Assembly: GCA_030390025.1 (NCBI GenBank)
Contig: CM059432.1
Location: 72,480,001-72,544,000, forward strand
DNA from: Squalus acanthias
Lineage: Eukaryota
DNA length: 64,000 nt
Reading direction: 5' to 3'
The position numbers were made by a program, and so were the translations under genes. Shown piece by piece: positions 24,960-37,900 of this stretch. The stretch's first letter is position 1. Every line of letters begins with the position of its first letter. The notes beneath the pieces were generated by a model. It did not search any database, was not told where the DNA came from, and was given only the letters and a program-made list of their open reading frames with translations.

Positions 24960-27060
24960 TAGGGAGGGGGGAGGCCATGAAGGGATTAGAAAACAAGGAT
25001 GAGAATTTTAAAATCATGGCATTCTTAACTGGGAGCCAATGTATGTCAGCGAGCACAGGGGAGATGGGTGAACGAGACTTGGTGTGAGTTAAGACACTGG
25101 CGCCAGTGTTTTAGATGACCTCAAGTTTGAGGGTAGAACTAGGGAGGCCGGCCAGGATTGCATTGGAATAGTCAGTCTAGAGGTAACAAAGGCTTGGATG
25201 AGGGTTTCAGCAGCAGGTAAGCTGAGGCAAGGGCGGAGACAGGTGATGTTACGGAGGTGGAAATGGGCGATCTTAGTGATGGAGCGGATATGAGGACGCT
25301 CAACTTGTGATCAAATATGACACCAAGGTTACGAACAGACTTGGTCAGCCTCAGACAGTTGCCAGGCAGAGGGATGGAGTCAATGGCAAGGGAAGAGTTT
25401 GTGGCGTGGACCAAAGACAATGGCCCAAAAATTCGTGAGTGAGCCTTCGTGCGAGGGCAAGGCCTCCCCGCGATCTCTCACTGTGCGCTGGCTTTTTCAG
25501 TCTGAGCTCGCACGAACTTGATGTTCTGGACAGCAGCTGTGCAGGGCTTCCGTATCCCACAGGCGTAGTTAATTCGTGCGAGCTGTGGGATCACGTGACT
25601 CAGTTAGAGCCAATGGCAGCACACCATCTTTCATTCATAGCTTTCACATAAGTGCTGTGAAAGCTATGAATCTATACCCCCCCAAAAGAACAGCTAAACC
25701 TCAATTACATTTTTTTAAAAACCATCACATTAATAAAATAAGTATAGTTAAATAAATTAACCATTTTAAACAAAAAATTAAATTTTTGAAAAAATTTTAA
25801 ATCTTTTAAAAAGTTATAAAAATAAACTTACCTGTCTTTAAAGTCTCTAAAAAAGATATACCTGTTAAAAAAAATTCAAAATAATACTTAATTAACTACT
25901 TACCTTGTTAAAAGAGGGTCTTACGCCTCCTTTCTTTATGTCTAAAATGTTCCATGCTTACCTGCGCGTTCAAAGCACTAAGTGCACTGCGTGCGCGCAG
26001 CCTGTAGCGCGCACGCGGTTCACCTAGGAACCGCCCCCTTTTGAATTCACCAAGTGCCGGTTTTCAGCGCATGCGCAGTGCATGCAGAAAACCGGCAATT
26101 GGAGACAGAATACGCGAGAGTACACAGTGCGTTCTCTCGCGTAGCGGCACTAATTTTTGGGCCATTGGCTTCGGGCTTCCCGATATTTAATTAGAGGAAA
26201 TTTCTGCTCATCTAGTGCTGGATGTCGGACAAGCAGTCTGACAGTATAGAGTCAGTGGAGTGTTCGAGATAGGTGGAGGAGAGATAGAGCTGGGTATCAT
26301 CAGCGTACATGTGAAAACTCAAGCTGTGTTGTCAGATGATGTCACCGAGGGGCAGCATGTAGATGAGAAATAGGAGGGGACCAAGGATAAATCCTTGGGG
26401 GACACCAGAGGTAATGGTGTGGGAGCAAGAAGAGAAGCCAATGCAGGTGATTCTATGACTACGGCTAGAAAGATAGGAATGGAACCAGGCGAGTGCAGTC
26501 CCATCCAGCTGGATGACGGTGGGGAGGCGTTGGAGCAGAATGTTGTGGTTAATGGCTGCAGACAGGTCGTGAAGGACAAGGAGGGATAGTTTACCTTTGT
26601 TACAGCCAATTAGGATTGGTAAGAGCCGTTTCGGTACTGTGGCAGGGGTGAAAACCTGATTGGAGGGATTCAAACAAGGAGTTCCAGGAAAGATGTGCAT
26701 GGATTTGGGAGGCGACAACACGTTCAAGAGTTTTTGGAGGAGAAAGGTGATGATGGCAGATTTGAAGGAGAGGGGTACAGTACCTGAGGAGAGAGAACCA
26801 TTAATAATATCAGTTAACATGGGAGCCAGGAAGGGAAGTTGGGGGTCAGCAGTTTAGTAGGAATACGGTCGGGAGAGCAGGAGGTCGGTCTCATTGACAA
26901 GATGAGCTTTGAGAGGGCATGAGGGGAGATAGGAGAGAAATTAGAGAAATATGCAACTTCAGGGTTAGGGCAGGAAGGAAACTGAGAGGAAGTTAGACCC
27001 GGTGGGCTAGGGGAAGGGAGGGAAGTTGCGGAGGCAGATGGACGGATGCTCTCGATCTTT
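24960..27060 (-). mobile_element. L2-type LINE fragment (RT region)
   Basis: ORF 26332-26820: DLSAA...GVPQGFILGPLLFLIYMLPLG, followed by YADD-type sequence. Confidence 0.9.
25422..26163. mobile_element. Non-autonomous TIR element (family G), inverted relative to 6632-7386
   Basis: GGCCCAAAAATT / AATTTTTGGGCC TIRs; AAT/ATT flanks; shared GCCGGTTTT..GCGCATGCGCA..AAAACCGGC hairpin and AT-rich core. Confidence 0.88.
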
Positions 27061-27249
27061 TTAACAAAGAATTATATAAATGCAAATTATTTTTGTTGTC
27101 TGAATATATTGGCTACTGAAATGCTCAAATAGATTTGTAGGTGAATTCCATTTTTGTCATATGTGCTGACATTTAAGATTCAAATTTGCAAAACTGATAA
27201 CCACTCATATGCTCATAGATCTATTCTTGTCTCCATGTATGCTCTTTAA

Positions 27250-27636
27250 ACATAGAAACATAGAAACATAGAACAGTACAGCACAGTACAGGCCCTTCGG
27301 CCCTCGATGTTGTGCCGAGCATTGTCCGAGACCAAGATCAAGCTATCACACTCCCTATCACTCTGGTGTGCTCCATGTGCTTATCCAATAACCGCTTGAA
27401 AGTTCCTAAAGTGTCCGACTCCACTATCACAGCAGGCTGTCCATTCCACACCCCAACCACTCTCTGAGTAAAGAATCTACCTCGGACATCCCTTCTATAT
27501 CTCCCCCCATGCACCTTATAGTTATGCCCCCTTGTAACAGCTGCCTCTACCCGAGGAAATAGTCTCTGAACATCCACTCTATCTATCCCCCTCATCATCT
27601 TATAAACCTCTATTAAGTCGCCTCTCATCCTCCTCC
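27250..27636 (-). mobile_element. CR1 3' fragment
   Basis: (CATAGAAA)n tail; [14 protein letters not shown]...FFTQRVV; GCTCTTT on both sides as probable TSD. Confidence 0.9.
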
Positions 27637-27837
27637 GCTCTTTGTGACCAAGCAGAGACAATGGACATTTGAAAAACATTGGTACAATGGGGAAGTTGTC
27701 CAAAAAGTGAGATAATCGTTATTAAATTTAGTCCCTTGTGCTCGAGTGCATCAAGTGCTATATTCTACCAACATCTTGCATGTCATATTTATATCCTAAA
27801 ATTCTTAGAAACTGTCAACAACAACATGCATTTATAT

Positions 27838-30800
27838 GGGAATGGTAGCATAGTGGTTATGTTACTGGACTAGTAATCTAGAGGTCTGGACCAATGATCC
27901 AGAGACGTGAGTTCAAATCCCACCACGGCAACTGGGGAATTTAAATTCAGTTAATTAAATAAATCTGGAATAAAAAGCTAGTGAAATGAAACTACTGGAT
28001 TGTTGTAAAAACCCATCTGGTTCACGAATGTCCTTTAGGGAAGGAAATCTGCTGTCCTTACCTTGAAACTTATAAAATTCTAACAGGACTAGACAGACTA
28101 AATGCAGGAAGGATGTTCCCGATGGCGGGGGAGTCCAGAACCAGAGGTCACAGTCTAAGGATAAGGGGTAAGCCATTTAGGACTGAGATGAGGAGAAATT
28201 TCTTCACCCAGAGAGTGGTGAACCTGTGGAATTCTCTACCACAGAAGGCAGTAGAGGCCAATTCATTAAATATATTCAAGAAGAAGTTAGATATATTTCT
28301 TAAAGCTAAAGGGATCAAGGGATATGGAGAGAAGGCAGGGACAGGGTACTGAATTTGGATGATCAGCCATGATCTCATTGAATGGCGGAGCAGGCTCGAG
28401 GGGCTGAATGGCCTACTCCTGCTCCTATCTTCTATATGTGACTCCAGACCCACACGTGGTTGACTCGTAACTGCTCTCTGAAATGGCCTAGCAAGCCACT
28501 CAGTTGTAACAAACCGCTACGAAAAACAACAATAATAAAACTGAAAGGACCACCTGGCATCAACCTAGGCACCAGCTTCGGACAATGACACACCCAGCTC
28601 AGTCGACCCTGCAAAGTCCTCCTCACTAACAACTGGGGACTTGTGTCAAAATTAGGAGAGCTGTCCCACAGACTAGTCAAGCAACAGCCTGACATAGTCA
28701 TACTCACAGAATCATACCTTTCAGCCAATGTCCCAGACTCCTCCATCACCATCCCTGGGTATGTCCTGTCCACCAGAGGTGGCGGCAGTGGTATACAGTC
28801 GGGAGGGAGTGGCCCTGGGAGTCCTCAACATTGACTCCGGACCCTATGAAGTCTCATGGCTTCAGGTCAAGCATGGGCAAGGAACCTCCTGCTGACTACC
28901 ATCTACCGCCCTACCTCAGCTGATGAATCAGTACTCCTCCATGTTGAGCACCACTTGGAAAAAGCACTGAGGGTGCAAGGGCACAGAATGTAATCTGGGT
29001 GGGGGACTTCAATGTCCTTCACCAAGAGTGGCTCGGTAGCACCACTACTGACAGAGCAGGCCAAGTTCTGAAGGACATAGCTGCCAGACTGGGCCTGCGG
29101 CAGGTGGTGAGAGAACCAACGTGAGGGAAAAACCTACTTGACCCCGTCCTCACCAATCTACCTATCGCAAATGCATCTGTCCATGGCAGCAGTGGTAGCA
29201 GTGACCACCGCACAGTCCTTCTGGAGACGAAGTCCAGTCTTCACAATGAAGACACCCTCCATCATGTTGTGTGGCACTACCACTGTGCTAAATGGGATAG
29301 ATTCAGAACAGATCTAGCAGCTCAAAACTGGGCATCCATGAGGCGCTGTGGGCCATCAACAGCAGAATTGTATTCCACCACAATCTGTAACCTCATACCC
29401 CAGCATATCCCTCACTCCAACCCTGGTTCAATAAGGAGTGTAGAAGAGCATGCCAGGAGCAGCACCAGGCGTACCTAAAAATGAGATGCCAACCTGGGGA
29501 AGCTACAACTACATGCATGCTAAACAGCGGAAGCAGCATGCTATAGACAGAGCTAAGCGATCCCACAATCAACGGATCAGATCAAAGCTCTGTAGTCCTG
29601 CCACATCGAGTCGTGAATGGTGGTGGACAATTAAACAACTAACAGGGAGGAGGAGGCTCCATGAATATCCCATCCTCAATGATGGCAGAGCCCAGCATAC
29701 GAGTGCGAAAGACAGGGCTGAAGCGTTTGCAACCATCTTCAGCCAGAAGTGCCGAATGCATGATCCATCTCAGCCTCCTCCTGAGATGCCCACCATCACA
29801 GAAGCCAGTCTTCAGCCAATTCGATTCACTCTATGTGACATCAAGAAACAGCTGAATGCACTAGATACAGCAATGGCTATGGGCCCCGACAACATCCCGT
29901 CTGTCATGCTGAAGACTGGTGCTCTAGAACTAGCCGTGCCTCTAACCAAGCTGTTCCAATACAGCTACAACACTGGTATCTACCTGACAATGTGGAAAAC
30001 TTCCCAGGTATGTCCTGTCCACAAAAAGCAGGACAAATCTATTCTGGCCAATTGCCTCCCCATTAGGCTACTCTTAATCACCAGCAAAGTGATCGAAGGT
30101 GTCGTCGACAGTGCTATCAAGTGACACTTACTCACCAATAATCTGCTCACTGATGCCCAGTTGGGATTTCGCTAGGACCGCTCAGCTGCAGACCTCATTA
30201 AACCTTGGTCCAAAATTGAATTCCAGAGGTGAGGTAAGAGTGACTGCCCTTGACATCAAGGCAGCATTTGACCAAGTATGGCATCTAGGAGCCCAAGTAA
30301 AATTGAAGTCAATGGGAATCGGGGGGGAAAACTCTCCATTGGCTGGAGTCATACATAGCACAGAGGAAGATGGTTCTGGTTGTGGTTGGTCCATCATCTC
30401 AGCCCCAAGACATCACTGCAGGAGTTCCTCAGGGCAGTGTCCTAGGCCCAACCAACTTCAGCTGCTTCATCAATGACCTTCCCTCCATCATAAGGTCAGA
30501 AGTGGGTTGTTCGCTGATGATTGCAATGTTCAGTTCCATTCACAACTCCTCAGATAATGAAGCAGTCCATGCCCTGCATGCAGTAAGACATTCAGGCTTG
30601 GGCTGATAAGGGGCAAGTAACATTCGCGCCACACAAGTGCCAGGCAATGACTATCTCCAACAAGCGAGAGTCTGACCAACGCCCCCTCACATTCAACGGC
30701 ATTATCATCGCCAAATCCCCCACCATCAACATCCTGGGGGTCACCATTGCCCAGAAACTTAACTGGACCAGCCACATAAATACTGTGGAAACAAGAGCAG

Positions 30801-31357
30801 GTCAGAGGCTAGGTATTCTGCGGCAAGTGTCTCACCTCCTGACTCCCCAAAGCCTTTCCACCATCTACAAGGCACAAGTATGCAGTGTAATGGAATACTC
30901 TCCACTTGCCTGGATGAGTGCAGCTCCAACAACACTCAAGAAGCTCGACACCATCCAGGACAAAGTAGCCCACTTGATTGGCACCCCATCCACCACCTTA
31001 AACATTCACTCCCTCCACCATGGCGCACCGTGGCTGCAGTGTGTACCATCTACAAGATGCACTGCAGCAACTCACCAAGGCTTCTTCAGCAGCACCTCCC
31101 AAAGCCGTGACCTCTACCACCTAGAAGGACAAGGGCATCAGGCGCATGGGAACACCATCACCGGCAAGTTCCCCTCCAAGTTACACACCATCCTGACTTG
31201 GAAATATATCGCAGTTCCTTCATCGTCACTGGGACAAAATCCTGGAACTCTCTCCCTAACAGCACCAAGGGAGTACCTTCACCACATGGACTGCAGCAGG
31301 TGGGCAACAAATGCTGGTCTTGCCAGTGACGCCCACATCCCAGGAACAAATAAAAAA
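27838..31357 (+). mobile_element. Single-ORF EN-RT LINE with tRNA-like 5' head, degenerate
   Basis: A-box-like TAGCATAGTGG, B-box GTTCAAATCC (27911-27920); [45 protein letters not shown]-rich tail; inserted into an L2 tail. Confidence 0.85.
28065..28433 (+). mobile_element. CR1 3' fragment nested in the 5' region of the tRNA-headed LINE
   Basis: MFPMAGESRTRGH...GYGEKAGTGY* plus a 3'UTR closely matching 35728-35812. Confidence 0.92.
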
Positions 31358-31777
31358 ATATAGCACCTTTAACGTAGTAAAACATATCAAGGCACTTCAC
31401 AGGAGCATAATCAGAGAAAGATTGAGACCGAGCCATAGAATTATGAGGCGGCGGACCTGGGTGGAGCGGCTGCGGCGAGGCGGAGCTGAGAAAAGGCGGC
31501 GGCGACCTGGTAGGCACACCAATCTGAGCCCCGAGAGCGGGAGAGAGAGAAGTAGGAAATAATCAAAGTGTGACGTCACCAGAAAGCAGGTAAGTGATTG
31601 GTTGGTGAGTATTTCTCTTTTTCCCATACTTAAATTCTGTGGTTTATAGTTTCGAGAGTCTCTGTGGTGTAGCGGGGACTGCTGTTAAGCAAGGGCCCTT
31701 GAGTATATCATTTAATTGAAGTGAAATTGGTGGGATTCAATTAGTTTAACTTTAATTAATTAATTAAAGGGTAAGTC

Positions 31778-32728
31778 ATGGCAGCAGAGCTCGGCGCCGT
31801 GGTATGCTCCACCTGCAATATGTGGGAAATCAGGGACACTTCCTGTGTCCCTGATGACCATGTGTGTGGGAAATGTATCCAGCTGCAGCTACTGACGGAC
31901 CGCGTTGCGGCGCTGGAGCTGCGGATGGATGCATATTGGAGCATTCGCGACGCTGAGAACGTCGTGAATAACACGTTTAGCGAGTTGGTCACACCGCAGG
32001 TAAAGGGTGTACAGGCAGGAAGTGAATGGGTGACCACCAGGCAGAGTAAGAGGTGCAGGCAGGTAGTGCAGGGGTCCCCTGTGGCCATCCCCCTCTCAAA
32101 CAGATATACCACTTTGGATGCTGTTGGGGGGGATGACTTATCAGGGGAAGGCGGCAGCAGCCAACTTCCTCGCACCATGGGTGGCTCTGCTGCACAGGTT
32201 GGGAGGAAAAAGTGTGGAAGAGCTATAGTGATAGGGGATTCAATTGTAAGGGGAATAGATAGGCGTTTCTGCGGCCGCAATCGAGACTCCAGGATGGTGT
32301 GTTGCCTCCCTGGTGCAAGGGTCAAGGACGTCTTGGAGCAGCTACAGAACACTTTGGAGGGGGAGGGCGAACAGCCAGTTGTCGTGGTGCACATAGGCAT
32401 CAACGATATAGGTAAAAAATGGGATGAGGTCCTAAAAGCAGAATATAGGGAGTTAGGAGGTAAATTAAAAAAGAGGACCTCAAAGGTAGTAATCTCAGGA
32501 TTGCTACCAGTGCCACGTGCTAGTCAGAGTAGAAATAGGAGGATATTTCAAATGAATACGTGGCTAGAAGAATGGTGCAAGGGGGAGGGATTCAAATTCC
32601 TTGGACATTGAAACAGGTTCTGGGGGAGGTGGGACCAGTACAAACGGGACGGTCTGCACCTGGGCAGGGCCGGGACCGATGTCCTAGGGGGAGTGTTTGC
32701 TAGTGCTGTTGGGGAGGGTTTAAACTAA
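31778..32728 (+). pseudogene. CR1 ORF1p (N-terminal CxxC..CxxC zinc finger/leucine zipper plus SGNH esterase)
   Basis: CSTCNM..CGKCIQL; VIGDSIVRG; HIGINDI; DGLHL after a single TGA at 32609; ends GLN*. Confidence 0.92.
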
Positions 32729-32729
32729 A

Positions 32730-35728
32730 GTGGCAGGGGGTTGGGAACCTGAGCAGGGAGTTGGGAACCTGAGCAGGGAGACAGAGGAAAGGGAAATAAG
32801 GATAAAAGCTAAAGACAGGAAGGAGAAAAACAAAAGTAGAAGGCAAAGAACTCAACGGTTTAAATCAAACATGGTCACAGTAAATAATAATTCATATAGG
32901 TCTGAGAGCGTTAAAAAAACAAGCCTGAAGGCTTTGTGTCTTAATGCAAGGAGCATTCGGAACAAGGTGGATGAATTAGCTGCGCAAATATAGGTAAATG
33001 AATACGATTTGATTGGGATTACAGAAACATGGCTCCAGGGTGGCCAAGGCTGGGAACTCAACATCCAGGGTTATTCAATATTTAGGAAAGATAGGCAAAA
33101 AAGAAAGGGAGGTGGGGTAGCATTGCTGGTTAAAGAGGGGATTAACACAATTGAAAGGAAGGATATTAGCTCTGATGATGCGGAATCTATATGGGTAGAA
33201 CTGAGAAATAACAAGGGGCAGAAAACGTTAGTGGGAGTGGTATATAGACCTCCAAACAGTAATACGGAGGTTGGGGACGGCATTAAAAGGGAAATTAGAG
33301 AAGCATGCAGTAAGGGCACAGCAGTCATCATGGGTGACTTTAATTTACATATAGATTGGGCTAACCAAATTAGTAAAAATACTGTGGAGGAGGAATTCCT
33401 AGAATGTTTACGAGATGGTTTTCTGGAACAATATGTCGAGGAACCAACCAGAGATCAGGCCATCTTAGACTGGGTATTATGCAATGAGAAAGGATTAATT
33501 AGCAATCTTGTTGTACGAGGCCCCTTGGGTCAGAGTGATCATAATATGATAGAATTCTTCATTAGGATGGAGAGTGAAGTAGTTGAATCAGAGACTAGGG
33601 TCCTGAATTTAAATAAAGGAAACTACGATGGTATGAGGCGCGAATTGGGTAGGATTGATTGGGGAATGTCACTCAAGTGGTTGACGGTGGATAGGCAATG
33701 GCAAACATTCAAAGACTGCATGGATGAACTACAGAATTTGTACATCCCAGTGTGGCATAAGAATAAAACAAAAAGGGTGACTCAACCGTGGCTAACAAGG
33801 GAAATTAGGGATAGCATAAGATCCAAGGAGAGGGCATATAAATTGGCCAGAAAAAGCGGTAGCCCTGAGGATTGGGAGCAGTTTAGGATTCAACAAAGGA
33901 GGACAAAGGGATTAATTAAGAAGGGGAAAATAGAATATGAAAGTAAGCTTGCTGGGAACATAAAAACTGACTGTAAGAGCTTTTATAGATATGTGAAGAG
34001 AAAAAGATTAGTGAAATCAAGTGTAGGTCCCTTGCAGTCAGAAGCGGGGGAAGTTATAATGGGGAACAAAGAAATGGCAGCCCAATTAAATGCATATTTT
34101 GGTTCTGTCTTCACAAAGGAGGACACAAATAACCTCCCAGAGATGTTGGAGAACATACGGTCTGATGAAAGGGAGGAACTGAAAGAAATCAGTATTTGCA
34201 GGGAAATGGTGTTAGGGAAATTGACCGTATTGAAGGCCGATAAATCCCCAGGGCCTGATAATCTACATCCTAGGGTACTTAAGGAAGTGGCCCTAGAAAT
34301 AGTAGATGCATTGCTGATCATCTTCCAACATTCGATGGAATCTGGAACTGTACCCATGGATTGGAGGGTAGCTAATGTTACCCCACTATTCAAAAAGGGT
34401 GGTAGAGAGAAAGCGGGGAATTACAGACCGGTAAGCCTGACATCGGTAGTGGGGAAAATGCTAGAGTCCATTATAAAGGATGTAATAGCTGAGCATTTGA
34501 AAAACAGTGACAGGATCGGACAAAGTCAACATGGTTTTACAAAAGGTAAATCGTGCTTGACTAATCTACTGGAATTTTTTGAGGATGTAACTGGGAAAAT
34601 AGATAAGGGAGAACCAGTAGATGTGGTGTATTTGGACTTTCAAAAGGCTTTCGATAAGGTCCCGCATAAGAGATTAGCGGGTAAAGTTAAGGCACATGGG
34701 ATTGGGGGCAAGGTATTGACTTGGATAGAGAACTGGTTGGCGGACAGAAAGCAGAGAGTAGGAATTAATGGGTCTTTTTCCGAGTGGCAAGCAGTGACTA
34801 GTGGGGTACCGCAGGGATCGGTCCTTGGGCCCCAGCTATTCACAATATACATTAATGATCTAGATAAGGGAATTAAATGTAATATCGCCAAGTTTGCAGA
34901 TGACACAAAGCTGGGTGGGAGTGTGTGCAGCGAGGAGGATAGTGAGAAACTCCAGGATGATCTGGACAGGTTGGGTGAGTGGGCAGAAGCGTGGCAGATG
35001 CAATATAACGTGGATAAGTGCGAGGTTATCCACTTTGGTGTCAAAAACAGAAAGGCAGACTATTATCTGAATGGCAATAGATTGGGAGAAGGGGAAGTGC
35101 AACGAGACCTGGGTGTCCTTGTGCACCAGTCGCTGAAAGTAAGCATGCAGGTGCAGCAGGCGGTGAAGAAGGCAAATGGTATGTTGGCCTTCATAGCGAA
35201 AGGGTTTGAGTATAAGAACAGGGATGTCCTGCTGCAGTTGTACAGGGCCTTGGTGAGACCACACCTTGAGTACTGTGTGCAGTTTTGGTCGCCTTATCTG
35301 AGGATGTTCTTGCCATGGAAGGAGTTCAGCGAAGATTCACAAGGCTGATACCTGGGATGGCAGGAATGACATATGAGGAGAGATTGGGTCGATTGGGCTT
35401 ATACTCACTGGAGTATAGAAGAATGAGAGGGGATCTCATCGAAACATATAAAATTCTGACAGGTCTGGACAAACTAGATGCAGGAAGAATGTTCCCGATG
35501 GTCGGAGAGTCCAGAACCAGGGGTCATAATCTACGGATAACGGGTAAACCATTTAGGACAGAAATGAGGAAGAATTTCTTCACCCAGAGAGTGGTGAACC
35601 TGTGGAATTCTCTACCACAGAAGGTAGTTGAGGCAAAGTCATTAAATATATTCAAGGATGAGTTAGATATATCTCTTAAAGCTAAAGGTATCAAGGGATA
35701 TAGGGAGAAGGCAGGTACAGGGTACTGA
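32730..35728 (+). pseudogene. CR1 ORF2p (APE endonuclease plus reverse transcriptase)
   Basis: 779-aa open stretch with GDFN, SDHN, QHGF, FADD; lesions are a 20-bp duplication at 32740, TAG at 32991 and a frameshift near 35300. Confidence 0.97.
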
Positions 35729-35826
35729 GTTTAGATGATCAGCCATGATCTCATCGAATGGCGGAGCAGGCTCGAGGGGCCGAATGGCCTACTCCTGCTC
35801 CTATCTTCTATGTTTCTATGTATGAG

Positions 35827-37320
35827 AAGCGATCAAAAGCTTGATCAAAGAGGTAGGTTTTAAGGAGGGTCTTAAAAGAGGAAAGGTGGAGAGGTTTAGG
35901 GAGGGAATTCCAGATCTGAAGGCTTTGATGGCTGAATGCACAGCGGCCAATGATGGGCGAAGGAAGTGGGGGATGAATAAGTGGCCAAAGTTGGAGGAAT
36001 ACAGAGTTCTCAGTGGGTAGAGATAGGGAGGAGTGAGGCCATGGAAGGGTTTGAACACGAGGATGAGAATTTTAAAATCGAGGCATTGCTGGATCGGGAG
36101 TCAATGTAAGTCAACGAGCACAGGGCTGACAGGAGAACCGTGTTAGGATACAGGCAGCAGAGTCTTGGATGAGTTTATGAAGGTGGAAGAGGGGAGGCCA
36201 GCCGAAAGCATTGCAATAATCGGGTCTGGAGGTAACAAAAGCATAGATGAGCCTTTCAACAGTAGGTGAGCTGAGGCAGGGCAGAAACAGGCGATATTAC
36301 GGAGGTGGATGCAGGGGTCTTTGTGATGGAGACGATATGGGTTCGGAAGCTCAGCTCAGGGTTATATAGGATGACGAGGCTGCGAACAGTCTGATTCAGC
36401 CCGAGACAGTGGCCAGGAAGGGGGATGGAATCGGTGGCTAGGGAACAGGAGTTGGTCACCGGGATCAAAGACAATGGCTTCAGTCTTCTGAATTTTTAAT
36501 TGGAGGTAATTTTAGCTCATCCAGGACTGGATGTCGTACAAGCAGTTTTGACAACAAAGAGGCAGTGAAGGGGTCGCGAGAAGTAGTGATAAGGTAGAGC
36601 TGGGTGTCGGCAGCATTCATGTTGGAACTGACGAGTTTTCGGATGATGTAGTTGAAAGGCAGCTTGTAGATGAGAAATAGTAGAGAGCCAAGGATAGATT
36701 CTTGGGTGACTCCATTGGTAACAGTGCGGGGTTGGATAGCTCCGAAAGCTTGTGATTTCAAATAAAACTGTTGGACTATAACCTGGTGTTGTGCGACCTC
36801 TCAATTTTGGAAAGAGAAACCATTGCAGGAGATTCTTTGGCTATGACTGGATAGGTAAGAATGAAACCAGGCAAGGGCAGTCCCACTCAGCTCTACCACG
36901 GAGGAGAGGTGTTGGAGGAGGATGGTGTGGTCAACTGTGCCAAAGGCTGCAGACAAGTTGAGATAGATGAGGAGGCATAGTGCACCACGGTCACAGTGAA
37001 TGACTTTGATCAGTCCTGTGGCAGGGGCAGAAACCTGATTAGAGAGGTTGAAACATGGAGTTACAGGAAAGATGGGCGCGGATTTGGGCGGCGACAACAC
37101 GGTCAAGGAACTTGGAAAGGAAGGATCGATTGGAGACGGGGCAGTGGATTGCAAGGGTGGGTTATTTGGGTGGGGGGGTGTGTTGACGGCAGATTTGAAG
37201 GGCGTGAATAGGATTGAGAGAGGAGGAGGTGGGTCTGGTGAACACGGTGAGCTGAGAGAGGGCATGAGGGGCGATGGGAGAGAAAGATGCGAGTTCCAGG
37301 CGAGGGCGGGGGTAATAGGA
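35827..37320 (-). mobile_element. L2-type LINE (3' end continues at 31358-31447 and 27817-27837)
   Basis: LSAAFGTVDH...WFHSYLS, GVTQESILG RT motifs; tail (AAC)n-CATTTATATAGCACC split by two later LINE insertions. Confidence 0.88.
36739..36808 (+). mobile_element. Short Penelope-like pLTR fragment of a second family
   Basis: GCTCCGAAAGCTTG (3' half of a hammerhead core) followed by AATAAA; interrupts L2. Confidence 0.55.
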
Positions 37321-37369
37321 TGCGAATGCTCTTCCTCATTCCTATTTGTGCTGCGATCTTGAGCTACAG

Positions 37370-37900
37370 CTCAGCCGTCGGCCTCAAGGAATCAGCAGAC
37401 GCGCCCCGCGCCCAGCCGCAGACCGGAAGCGGCGGCGGGGCCAAGATGGCGGACGGCGCTGAGCGGGAGGAGCGGACGCGGCGGTTGGTGCGGCTGACCG
37501 GGGCACTGGAGGAGCGGGCCAGGGCTCAGCTGGAGGCGGCCGGGTGGGATGTGCAGGTGACGGACTCGCTCGCTCTCTCTCTCGGGGTTTGTTGTTTACT
37601 CCCACCACCCGGTTTCTTTTTTCCTTCGTTCGGGTGTTTGAGAGGCCGTGAGGCACTTGTTAACGATTGGGATTCATGAAGTGTCGCCGGCCGCGGTTAT
37701 AAATGGCAGCCGCCGGGTATACCGCCACCGGCCGCCAGCTCCCTGAGCGGACAGCGCCGGTAGGACGGCTCAGGTTACTGCCGCCTGTCGAGCGCAGACT
37801 GCGACAAGCCCCTGGGTTCACCAAGTGTCCCGGTGCTGAATCACTGAGGTGGGCGGGTGGGGACTGTCCTGTCTTCACCTGTCGGTGCGCCAGAGCCGGC
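37370..37900 (+). promoter_or_regulatory. CpG-island promoter / first exon region
   Basis: High CpG density, ETS-type ACCGGAAG (37422-37429), YY1-type CAAGATGGCGG overlapping the ATG. Confidence 0.85.
37446..37556 (+). CDS. UBXN2B: p47/p37-family p97 adaptor, coding exon 1 (UBA-like)
   Basis: MADGAEREERTRRLVRLTGALEERARAQLEAAGWDVQ|GT resembles p47 [20 protein letters not shown]; strong Kozak context. NSFL1C is the alternative orthology call. Confidence 0.85.

Larger units (their letters stand above)
31448..35820 (+). mobile_element. Near full-length young CR1 LINE
   Basis: TATGAG TSD (31442-31447, 35821-35826), 5'UTR, ORF1, ORF2, (TCTATGTT)n tail. Confidence 0.97.

Noticed and set aside
27843..27925. 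tRNA gene (also 51070-51125)
   Set aside because: A/B boxes are present but there is no complete cloverleaf, and both continue into retroposon bodies.
37287..37679. 130-aa ORF as a single-exon gene or N-terminal extension
   Set aside because: The upstream part starts in L2-derived sequence and the downstream part reads through the exon 1 donor; ATG 37446 fits homologues.
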